A stretch of 64,000 bases of DNA, taken from positions 48,672,001 to 48,736,000 of the forward strand of contig NC_058382.1 of assembly GCF_018350175.1 (NCBI RefSeq). Reading direction: 5' to 3'. Below, piece after piece: positions 37,701-49,849 of the stretch. The stretch's first letter is position 1. Every line of letters begins with the position of its first letter. Source of the stretch: Felis catus. Lineage: Eukaryota. Made by a program: the position numbers and the translations under genes. The notes below the pieces were generated by a model, which made no database searches, was not told where the DNA came from, and saw nothing but the letters and a program-made list of their open reading frames with translations.

Positions 37701-39028
37701 GTGGAGGCAAGAGCACAGGGCAGGGGCATCCAGACAACTCTAAAGGGAGTATTGTTTGCAAAGCCAAATGGACATTCAATTCCTCTGGGAGAATGACAAT
37801 ACCTCCCCTCCCCAAATTCTTCCACAGAGCCCTGCAGGGCAGAAGGGGCAGGGCTGGGTGTCTCCATCCTACAGCCAAGAAGACTGAGGCCCAGAAGGGG
37901 AAGCCCTAACTCGGTCTGGGCTTCATTCTCCACACCCTACAGTTTCCTTTCTGAACAGGGCATCAGGCCAGGCCCAGAGACCAAGTGAAGAAAGGTATCT
38001 GGCTGTGGCCAGGGAAGGCAGTCCCAAGGCTTCTCAGGCTCACCTGGGTTTGGAGGAACAGACAGGAGCATGTCAGTGCTGCAAACCCACACACCCGGTG
38101 GGGAGCCTGGGCCCAGCTGTGGAGAGAGACAGAATGCAGCTGGTGGCCTGGACCAACCCTTCCTCTGCTCCCACACAGCCCAGTCTTGGCCTGTTCTATG
38201 TACTCCAGCAGCCATCCTGTCCAGAAAGACCCTGTCTGCCGAGGTAACAGGGCCTCCCCTGACCCATGGCGCTGATGCCAACCCTCCCCCATCCTCTGAG
38301 GGCCACACCTCCCCACCAATGTGGCCAAGACTAACCTTCAGAAGCTCTAACTCTGGGCACCTCCAAAGCCTTTCTTCCTGGCGTCTCCTGTCGGCGCCAG
38401 CACAGAATATACAGCTGCTGGTGCAGTGGGAGGGGTGTGGCTGTCTCTGGGATGAGGCCCTGTGGTTATGGCCAGCCTTACCCGATGGCTCATGGTGTCC
38501 AGCAAGCAGTCCAGGTTGCAGACCACAGCCTCCACGGGAGCCTGGGGGTTCTCCACAGGGAGGCAGGTGAAGGCCCTGCCACAGTCGTCAAAAGGGAAGT
38601 CTCGGCCCTAGGGAGGGAGCACGGACAGGAAAAGAACCCTTGGGGCAGAGAGCCTGGGGACAGCCTATCAGCTGTGCAAAGGCAGGAAGCCATCAACCTA
38701 GAAGACTTTTAAAAATGTGTTTTCTCGGGGTGCCTGGCTGGCTTAGTCAGTGGAGCACGCAACTCTTGATTTCGGAGTCGTGAGTTCGAGTGTTGGGCAT
38801 GGAGTCTACCTAATAAATCAGTAACTTAAAAAGCGTTTTCTCATTTTATTTTTTTCTTAAAATGTTTTCAATTATATGATTATGGTGAAAAATTAGAAAA
38901 TGCAGATGTGCCCACAGAAAACAGTTCCTCAGGGATGACAGCCATTGCCCTCATTTTGAGGTACATCCTTTTAGACTTTTAATTTTTTTAAATGAGATCA
39001 TGAGAAGGTGGAGAGACAACAGTAACTA

Positions 39029-39076
<48 letters not shown>

Positions 39077-42000
39077 CCAGTAAAACTAGGGGGAAAGTTT
39101 GGGAATTGTATCAATGTCAATATCCGACTGTGGTTACACTATAGCTGTTGAATTTGTTACCACTGGGGGGATATGGGCAAAGTTTACAAAGGCTTCTCTC
39201 TCTGTATTATTTCTTGCATGTGGATTGACATTCATCTTCATCAAAATTCCAATTAAAGGGGTCTCTGGCTGGCTCAGTCAGTGGAGCCTGCAACTCTTGA
39301 TCTCAGGACTGTATGTTAGAGACTCACGCTAGGTGTAGAGATTATTTTAAAAAATCTTGGGGCCCCTGGGTGGCTCAGTCAGTTAAGCATCCGACACTTG
39401 ATTTTGGCTCAGGTCATGATCTCATTGTTTGTGAGTTCAAGCCCCATATCAGGTTCCGTGCTGACAGCACGGAGCCTGCTTGGGACTTTCTCTCTCCCTC
39501 TGTCTCTGTCCCTCCCCAACTCATTCTCTCTCTTTTTTTCTCTCTCTCAAAATAAATAAGTAAACTTTAAAAAATAAATAAAACTTCCAGTCTCCTCAGG
39601 CCTTTAAAAAAAAAAATCTTAAAAAAAAAAAAAAAGGAAAAGAATGGCTGAAGAAAGTTTAAAAACACACACACAAAATTCCAATTATAAAACTGAGATC
39701 AGGGCGCCAGGGTGGCTCAGTTGGTTGAGTGTCCGACCTCAGCTCAGATCATGATCTCATGGTTCGTGGGTTCGGGCCCCATGTCAGGCTCTGTGCTGAC
39801 AGGTCAGAGCCCGGGGCCTGCTTCAGATCCTGTGTCTCCCTCTCTCTCTGCCCCTCCCCTGTTCATGCTTTGTCTCTCTCTCAAAAATAAGTAAACATTA
39901 AAAAAAAATTGAGATCATTCTATATAAACTTGTGTGGCTGGCCTTTTCCCCTTAACAATGAAAATACATCCATTGAATGATCACAGTGAGCCAGGCCAGG
40001 CCCCATTTCAGCATTTACGTGGATCATCTCAGCACATCCACACAAAGTACAAACTGTTGCCATCTTCATTTTACAGATGAGGAAGGTAAGACCTAGAAAG
40101 AAAGGGTCAAGTGATTTGTCCAAGGTCACAGAGCTAGTAAGTCTCTTTCCAGGTAAATGTGTAGAGTTAGCTGGAATTTTTTTTTTTTTTTTAGTTTATT
40201 TATTTTGAGAGAGACAGAGCATGCGCGCACACACACGCAAGTGGGGGAAGGGCAGAGAGAGGGAAAGAGAGAATCCCAAGCAAGCTCTGTGTTGTCAGTG
40301 CAGAGCCAATACAAGGCTCAATTCCATGAACCTCACGATCACGACCTGAGCCAAAATCATGAGTTAGATGCTTAACCAACTGAGCCACCCAGACGCCCCA
40401 GCTGGACTTTTAAATCATTGTCTAACATTGCACCAGAAGGATATACTGCTTATATTCAGCCAGTTCCCTATTTCTGGACATTTGGATCAATTCCGATTCT
40501 GATTCTTCTGTATCTGCACAAGGAACACCTTGCACACACACAATGGTAGAACAACTTTCTAACCCCGAGGATTGATGCTTCCAGCCTTCTCCATGGCCCC
40601 TGAAGAACTACAAGGCCCTCTACTAACCATGTGCAGGATAAGGATCCGGGCCGAGTGCAGGACATCAGATGTCACCACCTGTCAGAAGTGGAAGAGCCCC
40701 GTTGACAGAAGCCTGGGCAGATGGTACCCAAGGATGTTGTCCTCTTGTCCAGGGAGAGACCCCAACACAAATCCCCTCAGGTACCAAAGGAAGAAAAGAC
40801 AAGGTCAAGACCAATGGCAAGCAAGGGGCAGCTCTGACCCCTCCTGGATAAAGAAGCCTCTACCTGGGCCACTTCTCTGCCCCTGCTTTTTGGGAAAAGC
40901 TACAAGCAAGGATGTGGGGCTGGCTGGGTGACTCACAGTAAGTCAAGCTCCATGGCAACCACACAGTGGTGGCCTCCCCTGCCGGTGCCACCTCCATCAT
41001 CAGAGCATGTCCATTCCTATGACCACCCTCACTCCCTACGTCAGGGTGCCATGCGAGCCAGGTGACTGAGTGAAGTGGCTGTGTGTGTCTGGAAGGTGAA
41101 CCTGGTGGCAACGCTGACCCCTGGGCCCTGCACAAAGCAGGCAGCCTTATCCCAGTTCCAGCAAAGAGATGCCATGTGGAAAGGAGAGCCAGGAAGTTTT
41201 CAAGAGACGCCAGAAAGCCCAATTCTGAGATACTGGCTCCGATGTTCTAAAACCACTAAAAAGCCTGGCCCTGCCTTCTCCCCCCTCCTGATAAATCTAC
41301 CCAATCTACACGCACAGAAACTAATACCAAATGCTGAACTGGCCAGGCAATGGAGCCCCAGGAGCATGTGACCTCGGAAACAATCTGTTTGAAGCCCGCA
41401 TCCCCGTTCTGACCGGGACATGTGCCAGAGGATGGCACTTCATGAGCACTCACGGTGAAGCCTGCCCGGGCACTCAGGTGTTCCGCAGCCACCAGCAGGG
41501 CATTGAGGGTGGCTCCTCCACTGCCCACGCGCATCTCAGGGTCCTCCACAGCCAGTAACAGTGTCCCGGCCGGGATCTGCTCCCGCTTCTGCCGCACCTC
41601 CAGCTCTGTGGTCAGAACACAAGCTGAGACTGGCCCCCAGCCTCCCCACCCTGGTCCAAAGCACCTAGAGCAAATCTACTGATAGCCATTATTTTATTTT
41701 CTTTGACCTAGGGGCTTCTTTTTTTTTTTTTAATTTTTTTTTCAACGTTTTTATTTATTTTTGGGACAGAGAGAGACAGAGCATGAATGGGGGAGGGGCA
41801 GAGAGAGAGGGAGACACAGAATCGGAAACAGGCTCCAGGCTCTGAGCCATCAGCCCAGAGCCCGACGCGGGGCTCGAACTCACGGACCACGAGATCGTGA
41901 CCTGGCTGAAGTCGGACGCTTAACCGACTGCGCCACCCAGGCTAGGGGCTTCTTTTTAATTGAGGTATAATTGACACACACACACAACATTACATTTGTT

Positions 42001-42464
42001 TTAGCCGTGCAACACAATGATTTGATATTCGTAAAAAATATGGAATCTTCACAAATTTGCATGGCACCCTTGAGCAGCGGTCATGCTGACCTGCTCTGTG
42101 TGGTTCTATTTTCAGTACCTGTGCTGCCAGAGTGAGCACTCAGTAGCTTTTCATGGAGGAGCTCCTTAGATCTTCGCCCAACTCTGTGAGGTAAGTACAA
42201 CCAATCTCATTTAACGGATGAAAAAATTTGAGTCTCAGTGAAATGATACAATGTGTCTTGAGGTCTCATGGCTAGAAAGCAGCAGAATCTGGGCCTGAAC
42301 CCAGGTTTCCTGGCTCCTGAGGCTGTGGGGGTATCGTGGGGGTTCTCCATCAGGGGTAAAGTGGGAAGGAGGGGGTCCCTACCTCTCTGGAAGACCTGGA
42401 CATTATCCTTGTACTGGCACGTCAGGATGATGACCGTCCAATCAACCCCCTTCGGCTGCGTCAT
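27960..42464 (-). CDS. FCSK: L-fucose kinase (FUK), complete CDS, 23 coding exons, 1079 aa; C-terminal GHMP kinase domain
   Basis: Exons sum to 3240 nt. [20 protein letters not shown]...; GHMP motifs [18 protein letters not shown] and AGAGGGGF; matches human FCSK from recall. Confidence 0.98.
28211..28434 (-). CDS. FCSK: FCSK exon 23
   Basis: [25 protein letters not shown]...[13 protein letters not shown]...AKTE. Confidence 0.96.
28958..29057 (-). CDS. FCSK: FCSK exon 22
   Basis: [33 protein letters not shown]. Confidence 0.96.
29145..29332 (-). CDS. FCSK: FCSK exon 21
   Basis: [27 protein letters not shown]...[12 protein letters not shown]. Confidence 0.96.
30946..31065 (-). CDS. FCSK: FCSK exon 20
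   Basis: [39 protein letters not shown]. Confidence 0.96.
31212..31355 (-). CDS. FCSK: FCSK exon 19
   Basis: [15 protein letters not shown]...[10 protein letters not shown]. Confidence 0.96.
31712..31933 (-). CDS. FCSK: FCSK exon 18
   Basis: [31 protein letters not shown]...[11 protein letters not shown] acceptor. Confidence 0.95.
32027..32193 (-). CDS. FCSK: FCSK exon 17
   Basis: [27 protein letters not shown]...CPARVDFS. Confidence 0.96.
32365..32575 (-). CDS. FCSK: FCSK exon 16
   Basis: [41 protein letters not shown]...DKWLSR. Confidence 0.96.
33204..33574 (-). CDS. FCSK: FCSK exon 15
   Basis: [27 protein letters not shown]...GPLLATLDQ. Confidence 0.96.
33982..34046 (-). CDS. FCSK: FCSK exon 14
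   Basis: [22 protein letters not shown]. Confidence 0.94.
34440..34610 (-). CDS. FCSK: FCSK exon 13
   Basis: [57 protein letters not shown]. Confidence 0.96.
34656..34701. repeat. (AC)~23 microsatellite in FCSK intron 12
   Basis: Direct reading. Confidence 0.97.
34751..34852 (-). CDS. FCSK: FCSK exon 12
   Basis: [34 protein letters not shown]. Confidence 0.96.
35527..35639 (-). CDS. FCSK: FCSK exon 11
   Basis: [38 protein letters not shown]. Confidence 0.96.
36033..36204 (-). CDS. FCSK: FCSK exon 10
   Basis: [57 protein letters not shown]. Confidence 0.96.
36368..36487 (-). CDS. FCSK: FCSK exon 9
   Basis: [40 protein letters not shown]. Confidence 0.96.
37068..37148 (-). CDS. FCSK: FCSK exon 8
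   Basis: [27 protein letters not shown]. Confidence 0.95.
37538..37635 (-). CDS. FCSK: FCSK exon 7
   Basis: [32 protein letters not shown]. Confidence 0.95.
38044..38116 (-). CDS. FCSK: FCSK exon 6
   Basis: [24 protein letters not shown]. Confidence 0.95.
38482..38607 (-). CDS. FCSK: FCSK exon 5
   Basis: [42 protein letters not shown]. Confidence 0.96.
38728..40400. mobile_element. SINE cluster, L1 fragment and (CA)n (39031-39073) in FCSK intron 4
   Basis: SINE heads at ~38728, 39257, 39359 and 39701, minus copy 40177-40399. Confidence 0.8.
40628..40678 (-). CDS. FCSK: FCSK exon 4
   Basis: [21 protein letters not shown], 51 nt. Confidence 0.94.
41454..41605 (-). CDS. FCSK: FCSK exon 3
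   Basis: [54 protein letters not shown]. Confidence 0.96.
41720..41941 (-). mobile_element. Young cat-type SINE inserted at the tail of the U6-L1 chimera
   Basis: TSD ctaggggcttcttttt at 41708 and 41942. Confidence 0.92.
41953..42032 (-). mobile_element. L1 extreme 3' end fused to the U6 copy
   Basis: Minus strand ...atcaaatcattgtgttgcacggctaaaacaaatgtaatgttgtgtgt...tcaattatacctcaattaaaaa resembles L1MA/carnivore L1 3' termini from recall. Confidence 0.75.
42033..42139 (-). pseudogene. Full-length degenerate U6 snRNA retropseudogene
   Basis: Reverse complement GTGCTCACTCTGGCAGCACAGGTACTG...ACAGAGCAGGTCAGCATG...GCAAATTTGTGAAGATTCCATATTTTT aligns end to end with U6, with many substitutions. 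Confidence 0.92.
42383..42464 (-). CDS. FCSK: FCSK exon 2 coding part (ATG at 42464; exon acceptor probably at 42488)
   Basis: [27 protein letters not shown]; donor gtagg. Confidence 0.95.
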
Positions 42465-43899
42465 TCTGGCCAAACTTGAGGGGGTTCCCTGCGGCAGAGA
42501 TACAGGTGTGTGTGGACATCTCAAAAAATTGATCTTACCCTGAAATTGATAGTTCAATGAACTTTTAACACATGTATAGATTCTTGTGGCCACCACCACT
42601 TTCCACACCCAGAAAAACCCCCTGCATGCTATCCCCTTGGTCACGCCCTCCTCCATCCCTCACCGTTGACAACCACACTCTGTTCTTCCCAGCCATGGCT
42701 GGAATGTAATCTTTTGAGATTGGCTTCTTTCACTCAACATAATGCCTTTAGGATTCATCTAAGTTGACTGTGCATATCACTACTTCTTTCTCTTTATTTG
42801 CCAAACAACAGTCCGTTGCATGAAGTGACCTCCATGGTCTGTTTCTCCATCCATCCAAGGACATTTGGGGCTATCCCCAGCTTTGAGGAATCATGAACAA
42901 AGCCGCTATAAACATTTGTATGGCACCTGGGTGGCTCAGTTGGTTGAGCGTCCGACTTCGGCTCAGGTCATGGTCTCACAGTTTTGTGAGGTCGAGCCTC
43001 GCATCGGGCTCACTGCTGACAGTGTGGAGCCCACTTCAGATCCTGTCTCCCTCTCTCTCTGCCCCTCTCCCGCTCGTGCTCTCTCTTAAAAAAAAAAAAA
43101 AAGTTGTATGCAGGTTTAGTGTGAACATAAGACTTCACCTCTGCCAATGTACACCCGGGAATGGGATTGCTACGTTATATTACATTTGACTTTGTCAGTG
43201 TGGATGCATGTGATTTCCTCAGGAGAGGAAGTGAGGGAAGCAAGATGGGATTGACAGTGGGTCCCACCTTAAAGCAAAGGGCTGCCCCTCAACATTCAAT
43301 TATTGGCTGTGAGCTAGGAGGAGGGGAGAGAGGGAGGTTCTAGCCTCCCAGGCTCCTGAAGCCAAGGGCAATTCCCTGGAGAAGAGGGCACCTGTGGGAG
43401 GGGTGCACCAGCCTGTTCAAGGGCAGAGGGCAGGGTGCCTACAGTGCCCACTACAAGGACCTCAGAGGAGACCCCCTCCCCAGAAGCTCCGAGCCAGAAG
43501 GGGGCTACAACCCACCGGTCAGCCATCTTTCTCCAGGGCACTCTGAGCAAGAGAGGGGAAGGTGGGCCAAAGTTATGGCTCCACCCTCTACTATCCTCCT
43601 CAAAATTCCTCTCCTAGCAGTTGGGAAATTAATCTGACTTCAGAGGACCCAAGACTACCTGTAGACAAGTGCTCAAAAGTACCTTGGCATCCACCTCTGG
43701 CAGGGATCCGGCTGCTGTCCCACAAGTCAGCCCATCCCCTCCTCCCGCCTCCAACCTCCAAAGCTCGGAATGGGGATGATGGGGTGCCCAGAGTGTGTGT
43801 CCACTAGTCAGCCCAAGCACCAACTAAGAGCCAACAGCAACAGCGCCCTCTTACGTAAGCCGGACCCTCAAGCCTATGGTTAGGGCTGACAAACACCAC

Positions 43900-44593
43900 C
43901 ACTTGACACGCTCCCACCAGCTTTCAGGGAAAGCCTCCACCGCTAACAGAAATTTCTCTGTTCCCTGCTAAGCCCGGGAGGGAATCCAGAAGGGAAATCG
44001 GAGGTAGAGATCTTGGCCAGCCACCTGAGGAAAAGGCATTCTCTAAGGTGTCCATCTGGCCTTTCCAATAAAGGAGCCTCGAGGGATTCCAGCTTGGCAC
44101 TCACTGTGTGATCTTTGGCACCCCTAATCCTCGCAGGCCTCCTGCAGCAGAGAGGAGAACTGACAAATGCTCCCCAGCTTGTTCACATGGAGGCCACACT
44201 TCCTACCAATTGCTCCCAACCAGTGACTCCGCGCAGCAGGGACATGAACACAGACTCATTCCTGCAAGATGAGGATCCTCCGACAGGCAACCCTAGTTCC
44301 TGGAGTCCCCATCAATCCGACAGACACTGCAAGGCAATCAGAGATCCTTCCAACCCTGCCCCTCCCTCTGTCTGTCCATCCGTCCTTCTTCCTTCTTTCC
44401 TTCCTTCCTTCCTTCCTTCCTTCCTCCCTCCCTCCCTTCCTCCCTTCCTCCCTTCTGGTGCTTCTTCACACGAAGCAGCCTAACAGCTCTCCCTGCATCC
44501 TCTAGCTACCTCCCCTTTGTGCCCTTCCCCAATAAATCTCTTGCAAGTCTAGTCCCATTGCGGTCTCTGCTTCTCCAAGGACCTGAACCAACA
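43900..44593 (+). mobile_element. ERVL-class LTR remnant with (CCTT)n tract (5' boundary uncertain)
   Basis: 3' end ccaataaatctcttgcaagtctagtccc...tctgcttctccaaggacctgaaccaaca resembles ERVL LTR U5 termini. Confidence 0.55.
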
Positions 44594-46299
44594 TGGGGAA
44601 TACAATATCATCTCTCTCAAAGGAAAAAAAAATCACCGTAAAAACTTCTAACTTAATGTCAGGCAAGTACACTCTATCCTCAAAGATTAAGGAACTGAGG
44701 CAAAGAGAGATGAAGTAACCTGTCCAAGGTCACTCGGCTAGCAAGTAGCACAGCCAAATTTGAACCTGATACTTTCTCCAGAGTCCATTCTCTTAAACAC
44801 TACACTGAACCCACTTTGTAGGGACAAGGAAAGAACAACAGGAGTAAATATGAGTAAAGTGCTCAGTGTATATTAGCTATTACGATAAAGTCTAAATGCA
44901 AGGTGATAATGGAATGAGGAGGATGTTAATGATAACAAGCACTGGGACTGAGCTCCTCACTCTGGTCCACGGTTAAGACATTATGATTTTTCATTCTCAC
45001 AACATCATCGCAGGATAATTATTATCACTTCCACTTTACAGAGGCTAATGGATGCTGCAGCCACGATTGGGACCTGGGTTGCTCCAATTTACATGCAGGT
45101 GATGGTGGTCATGATATTTGGTTCCAAGCAAAGGGGCTGAAAGAGAGCAAGGAAGAAATGCCCCAAGGAGAGTCCAATGACCCAGGAAGTCTGAGCCCCG
45201 TGTTGGTCTCAGCATAACGACTGGGAGACAGGGACAGGTGACAGATTATGGCCAGAGGGAGGAGGGTAGCCCTATCTGGACTGCACTCTACTATGCAGAA
45301 GAGCCTTCTAGGACTGGGAATCAGCCCTCAGGGCTCTGTTCCCAACTGTGTCTCTTCCTGTGTGATTTGAGCAGGTTACCTAACCTTTGTAAGCCAAAGA
45401 TACCAACCTCCTAGGAATGTTACCAGTATTAAATAAAATGTAAACGAAGTGGCACGCTGAAGGGGTAGTTCTCTCCAGCAGGGAAAGGAAACAGCAGTTT
45501 AACTGGACCCTGAAGCTGGTGGCAGGTGGGAGTGATGGCTCTGAAATAATCTCCTAGTCAAAGATGCCCGTGAAGAAGTAAAAACCAGGGAAGGCCTAGG
45601 GAAATCAAGCCAGGCAGAGGAGCATGCCTTGCCAGATCAGCCAAAAGAGTATTTTATGATAACACATCAACTTTTTTTTTTAGGGACCAAGGCCAAAGGC
45701 ATTGCAGAATCAGCTCACGTGACTCACTCCATAGCCCTCTGAATTGATCTTACCACACCCGTGACAGAGATAAGGAAACTAGCTGAAAGACAAGAATAGC
45801 CTGCTCAAAGCCATACACCAATAGCACAGGCAGGCCAGGGGTGTCCAACACCAAGGTTCATGTTCTTAACCACCCTGTTGAAAACAAGACATCTCTCCTG
45901 GAGTCTAGAGTCTATGCCCTCTGCCATACCTAACATTTACAGAAAACTTAGACCTCTATTCCAATATTCTGCCCACTTTGATAAAACTTCATCTATTGAG
46001 GCCAAGTTTAATGTCTTCAGCCAGTTTTCCTCATTCCAAAATTGGATAAGGAAGGGGAGCCAGAGACAGAATAACCTCTTCCAGTTATGCTTTTTGAAGA
46101 TAGGTGGAACAGAGATTATGCATTTTAGAACTTTAAGGGGGGGGGGGGGGAGTCGGGGGTGGAGGACGGTCTTATGAAGGGATCTAATTTGCCTTCCAGA
46201 AAATAAAAAGGCAGAAAGAAGTTGACTGGTAATAAAACCACTTTGCAAATTATACAGACGTCCTCTAATTGAGATTTGTGCATACTGACGAGCCCAGGT

Positions 46300-46950
46300 C
46301 AGGTAAACTGAGGGAGGAGACGCGGCCTCAAAGCAAAGTCAGCAGCACCGGCATCCAGCGTCCCACTTGTCTCAGGGGTGAGGGGCCTCTGGGGCCCGTA
46401 TCCCTCCCTGTCCCAGGTGTCCCCAAGTGCCCCAGCACTTGCCACGTCCCGGAGCTCCCACTGAAAAGACCCAGGCCAAGGAGGAGGAGGACCTGCAGAT
46501 GCCCCCTATAGACAGTGGGCGCCCAGGGACGCCGGCAGAGTTCCCGGAAACTCCTCCCTATCGGGAACAGGGAGGCCACTGGCCTAGCTCCGTCCTACCG
46601 ATCCGAGAGCGTGGGCCGAAAAACTGTGGGATCACTGGGGTGTGCGAGGCCGGGACCAGCGCGGGCCGAGGTATCCGCTCTGTCGGACGCAGTGGGCTCT
46701 TTAAGGCGTGGCTGCTCGTTCCTTCGCGGCGCACCCTGGGAAATGTAGTTTCGTCCTTCCGCCGGTCCTGGCTTGTTCTCCCCCAAAAAACTAACCCCGA
46801 GCTATTTGTTGCACAGGTACGCAAATCTGGTTAGGGCAGCGCTTTCCTAAAGGGCGAGTCTTCAGATCTAGATGGGAGGTGAGGCGAGAAGGTGGCTCCG
46901 TTGCCCAGCAAAACTACAACTCCCAGAGGAACGAATATGCCTTTAAGACA
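46300..46950 (-). promoter_or_regulatory. FCSK: FCSK CpG-island promoter with probable non-coding exon 1 (candidate donor after 46599)
   Basis: CpG-rich block ~4 kb upstream of the ATG exon; minus-strand CG|GTAGGA donor; two ACTACAnnTCCC motifs (46738-46749 -, 46913-46926 +). Confidence 0.8.
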
Positions 46951-48351
46951 CAGGCTCGTTTCTGTGGCTGAAGGTTCCACGTTTGGGGTCTGTTTAACCC
47001 ACTAGCCAGGACCTGAGGCAGCTGCTTTTCTCGCAAGACAATAAAATCCAGGTTGGTGGGGGGGGGGGGGGGGGGGGGGAGTAGGCGGAATAATAACAGA
47101 TTGTTGCCTAAGCATAAGCAGCTACTGTTGGATTGGCAGTTGGTTAGTGCTTTCGCGGGATTCATCACATGGGTCCTTCCGGAAGAAACTTTCCAACTCT
47201 GCAGTAGGAAGAAGATCTGCGGAGCTTTTGGAAAAGTTGTGAATGGCAGCATTGTTTGTAATAGCGGAAAACTGGAAACACCTTTTCTCTAGGGTACATC
47301 CATGCCATGGAATACTATGCAGCAATTAGGAAGAGGGAAGTAGAACTGTGTTTACAATAGGAAACTGTGTTCAAGACATTTTGTTAAGGGGAGAAAAAGC
47401 AAGTTGTAGAACCTTATGTACAGGAAGCCCACTCATATCAAAAATAATGTATATGGACTCATAGTTTTCGTAACTGGATTGGAAGGGAACACAGCCTGGG
47501 GTGAAGACTGCTAGGTATGGGCATGGGCAAAGAAAAATTGAGTTTCATTGCTATTGTCTGAATTTTTCTTACAAGAATGTGCTTTCCAAATCACTGTCGT
47601 CAGTAAGAAGACTGCGAGGCCTTGGCATCTATCTCTAAGGAGATGAGGGACCCTGCTCAAACTCTGTGTAACCTTGGCCAGTCACTTGGCTACTCTGTGT
47701 CTTCTCACCATCTATACAACAGGTTAATAATACCATCAAATGCCTGAGATTTTTGTGAGGATAAGATAAATGTTGACTCCATAGTAAGTACTCAAAAAAT
47801 ATTAACCATAAATATGATTATTTTTATTGTTCTTCCCATGTTGCCTCATTAAAGCATGGTCTTTGATTTGTCAGCCCCCAAAACAGTGCCTAAGACATTG
47901 CAGATGGTTAAAACACTTTGTCCAATGAATGAATAACCAGCAGTTCCCTACTCAGCTCCCACTACCCTGCCTCCTCCCCCAAATCTCTCTCCTTCCCTTG
48001 GTCTTCTCCCCCTGGAGTCACTCTCCCGTCTTCACTTGGCCCAGGTCTGATCCCCCAACCCCACTTCACTGCCTGCTCTTTCTTCTGTGAACCCAGGAGG
48101 CCTCCAGGGGGGTGATGAGCTGTCTCCCACTGCTGCTCAGCAATGCAGATCCCTGCTCTGCAGTGGAGTGGAAGGCAGGGATGCCTACAACTGCAGCTTT
48201 GGCAGGGGCTCAAGGAAAACACTGTGCCCCAAGGAGCTCAGAGGCAAAGGGTTTCACCCTACCTCCTAGGGCAGGCATGATGAAGGGGAAGCTCCAAAGT
48301 TACTGTAGAATCCCTTGGGCTGAGTAGCAAAGATACTCAAGGAACATTTTT

Positions 48352-48570
48352 TCTTTTTTTTTTTTTTCAACGTTTATTTATTTTTGGGACAGAGAGAGAC
48401 AGAGCATGAACGGGGGAGGGGCAGAGAGAGAGGGAGACACAGAACCGGAAGCAGGCTCCAGGCTCCGAGCCATCAGCCCAGAGCCCGACGCGGGGCTCGA
48501 ACTCACGGACCGTGAGATCGTGACCTGGCTGAAGTCGGACGCTTAACCGACCGCGCCACCCAGGCGCCCC
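48352..48570 (-). mobile_element. Young cat-type SINE
   Basis: TSD tcaaggaacattttt at 48337 and 48571. Confidence 0.92.
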
Positions 48571-49849
48571 TCAAGGAACATTTTTAATAAGATGTGGCCC
48601 TCAGTGCAATGTGTCAGTAACAGACATAACAACATGTAGCTCTCTGCTCTGTACATAGTCCCACTGTCTGGGGTAGACCTATAAAAAAAAAGTTCTGATG
48701 CTATAATACAGGGTAGAGTATAGCAGTTAAATACAAGGGTGTGAAATCAGACAAATCCTCCCTAGCTCCCATTACTTTCTAACTATGTGAACAAGACATT
48801 CAACCTCTCTGAGCCTCATCTGAACCTCAGTTTCTTCATCTGTAAGAGCACAATAGTATTTACCTAATCAATTTGTTAAGAGGATTATGTGCTAATATAC
48901 ATAAAATGGTTAGCACAGTATCTGGCTAGAGTAGGCATCCAATTTCCTTATTAAATAAACATGCTGCCAGAGAGTGAGAGCCCAGGTCCAGGAGGGCTTC
49001 TTGGAGGAGGTACAACCTGCAGGGCTCTAGATGAAGATGTATGCCTGCTGCTGGTAGCAGGAAGTCGCTCTGGGAGCCAGGACTATCCACAGTAATAGCT
49101 TAAGTTGGGGACCTAGGTGCAGAGCCTGAGACAGGGATTCTTGTGCAAATGATTTATTAGGACAAGGATACGGCCCGCAGGAGAGAGAAGGAGAAGTCAA
49201 GCAAAGATGTCTAGCCTCAGTCTGATCCTACAGTGAGCTCTGAGGCGTAAAATGCACCACAAGGTTTATCCCTCTCAGAAGCAAGTGAGCTGGACTTTGT
49301 ACCCCACATCAGTCATTCATAGGCTGTCGGCCACTGGGAGGTGGGGAAAGGAGGAGCATAATTTCCCTGGCATGCCTGGATGAGGCAGCTCAAGTGGACT
49401 GAGTCTCAGGAGAAAGGTGAAGCTGTGGGTCATTAGTGGAGAATGGGTGCACCGTCCCTGTAAAGGCACGTAACCAGCAGCATTTACTACAGGACAACTG
49501 GTGAAGAGATGGGAATGAGGTGAAGAAAATGGAGAGGAGAACTTAAACTCTTCTGCTGAGTCTTCTAAGCAGAAAATGAAACAGCTGGTATGGTTTTTAA
49601 AAACTAAAACACAGGCTTGATAAACACTGAACCCCTTCTGGAGAGCTATTAACTGTACTTCATCATTAGGTGGATCCTCTTCCCCAAAGCCTGGCCATTG
49701 CCATTAGCAAATATCTTGTGCAGTATTTTCCCAAGAGTGCTTCTATAAGATGTTAGCAAGTGTTGCTGCAGAGGGGGTGGGTGGAGCCATTAAACAAAGA
49801 TAGACAAGTTTATTTTCTTCTTACACTATAAAAACCAATATACTGGATA

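Noticed and set aside
42033..42139. Functional U6 snRNA gene
   Set aside because: Many substitutions including the ACAGAGA box, no recognisable PSE/TATA upstream, and fusion to an L1 tail
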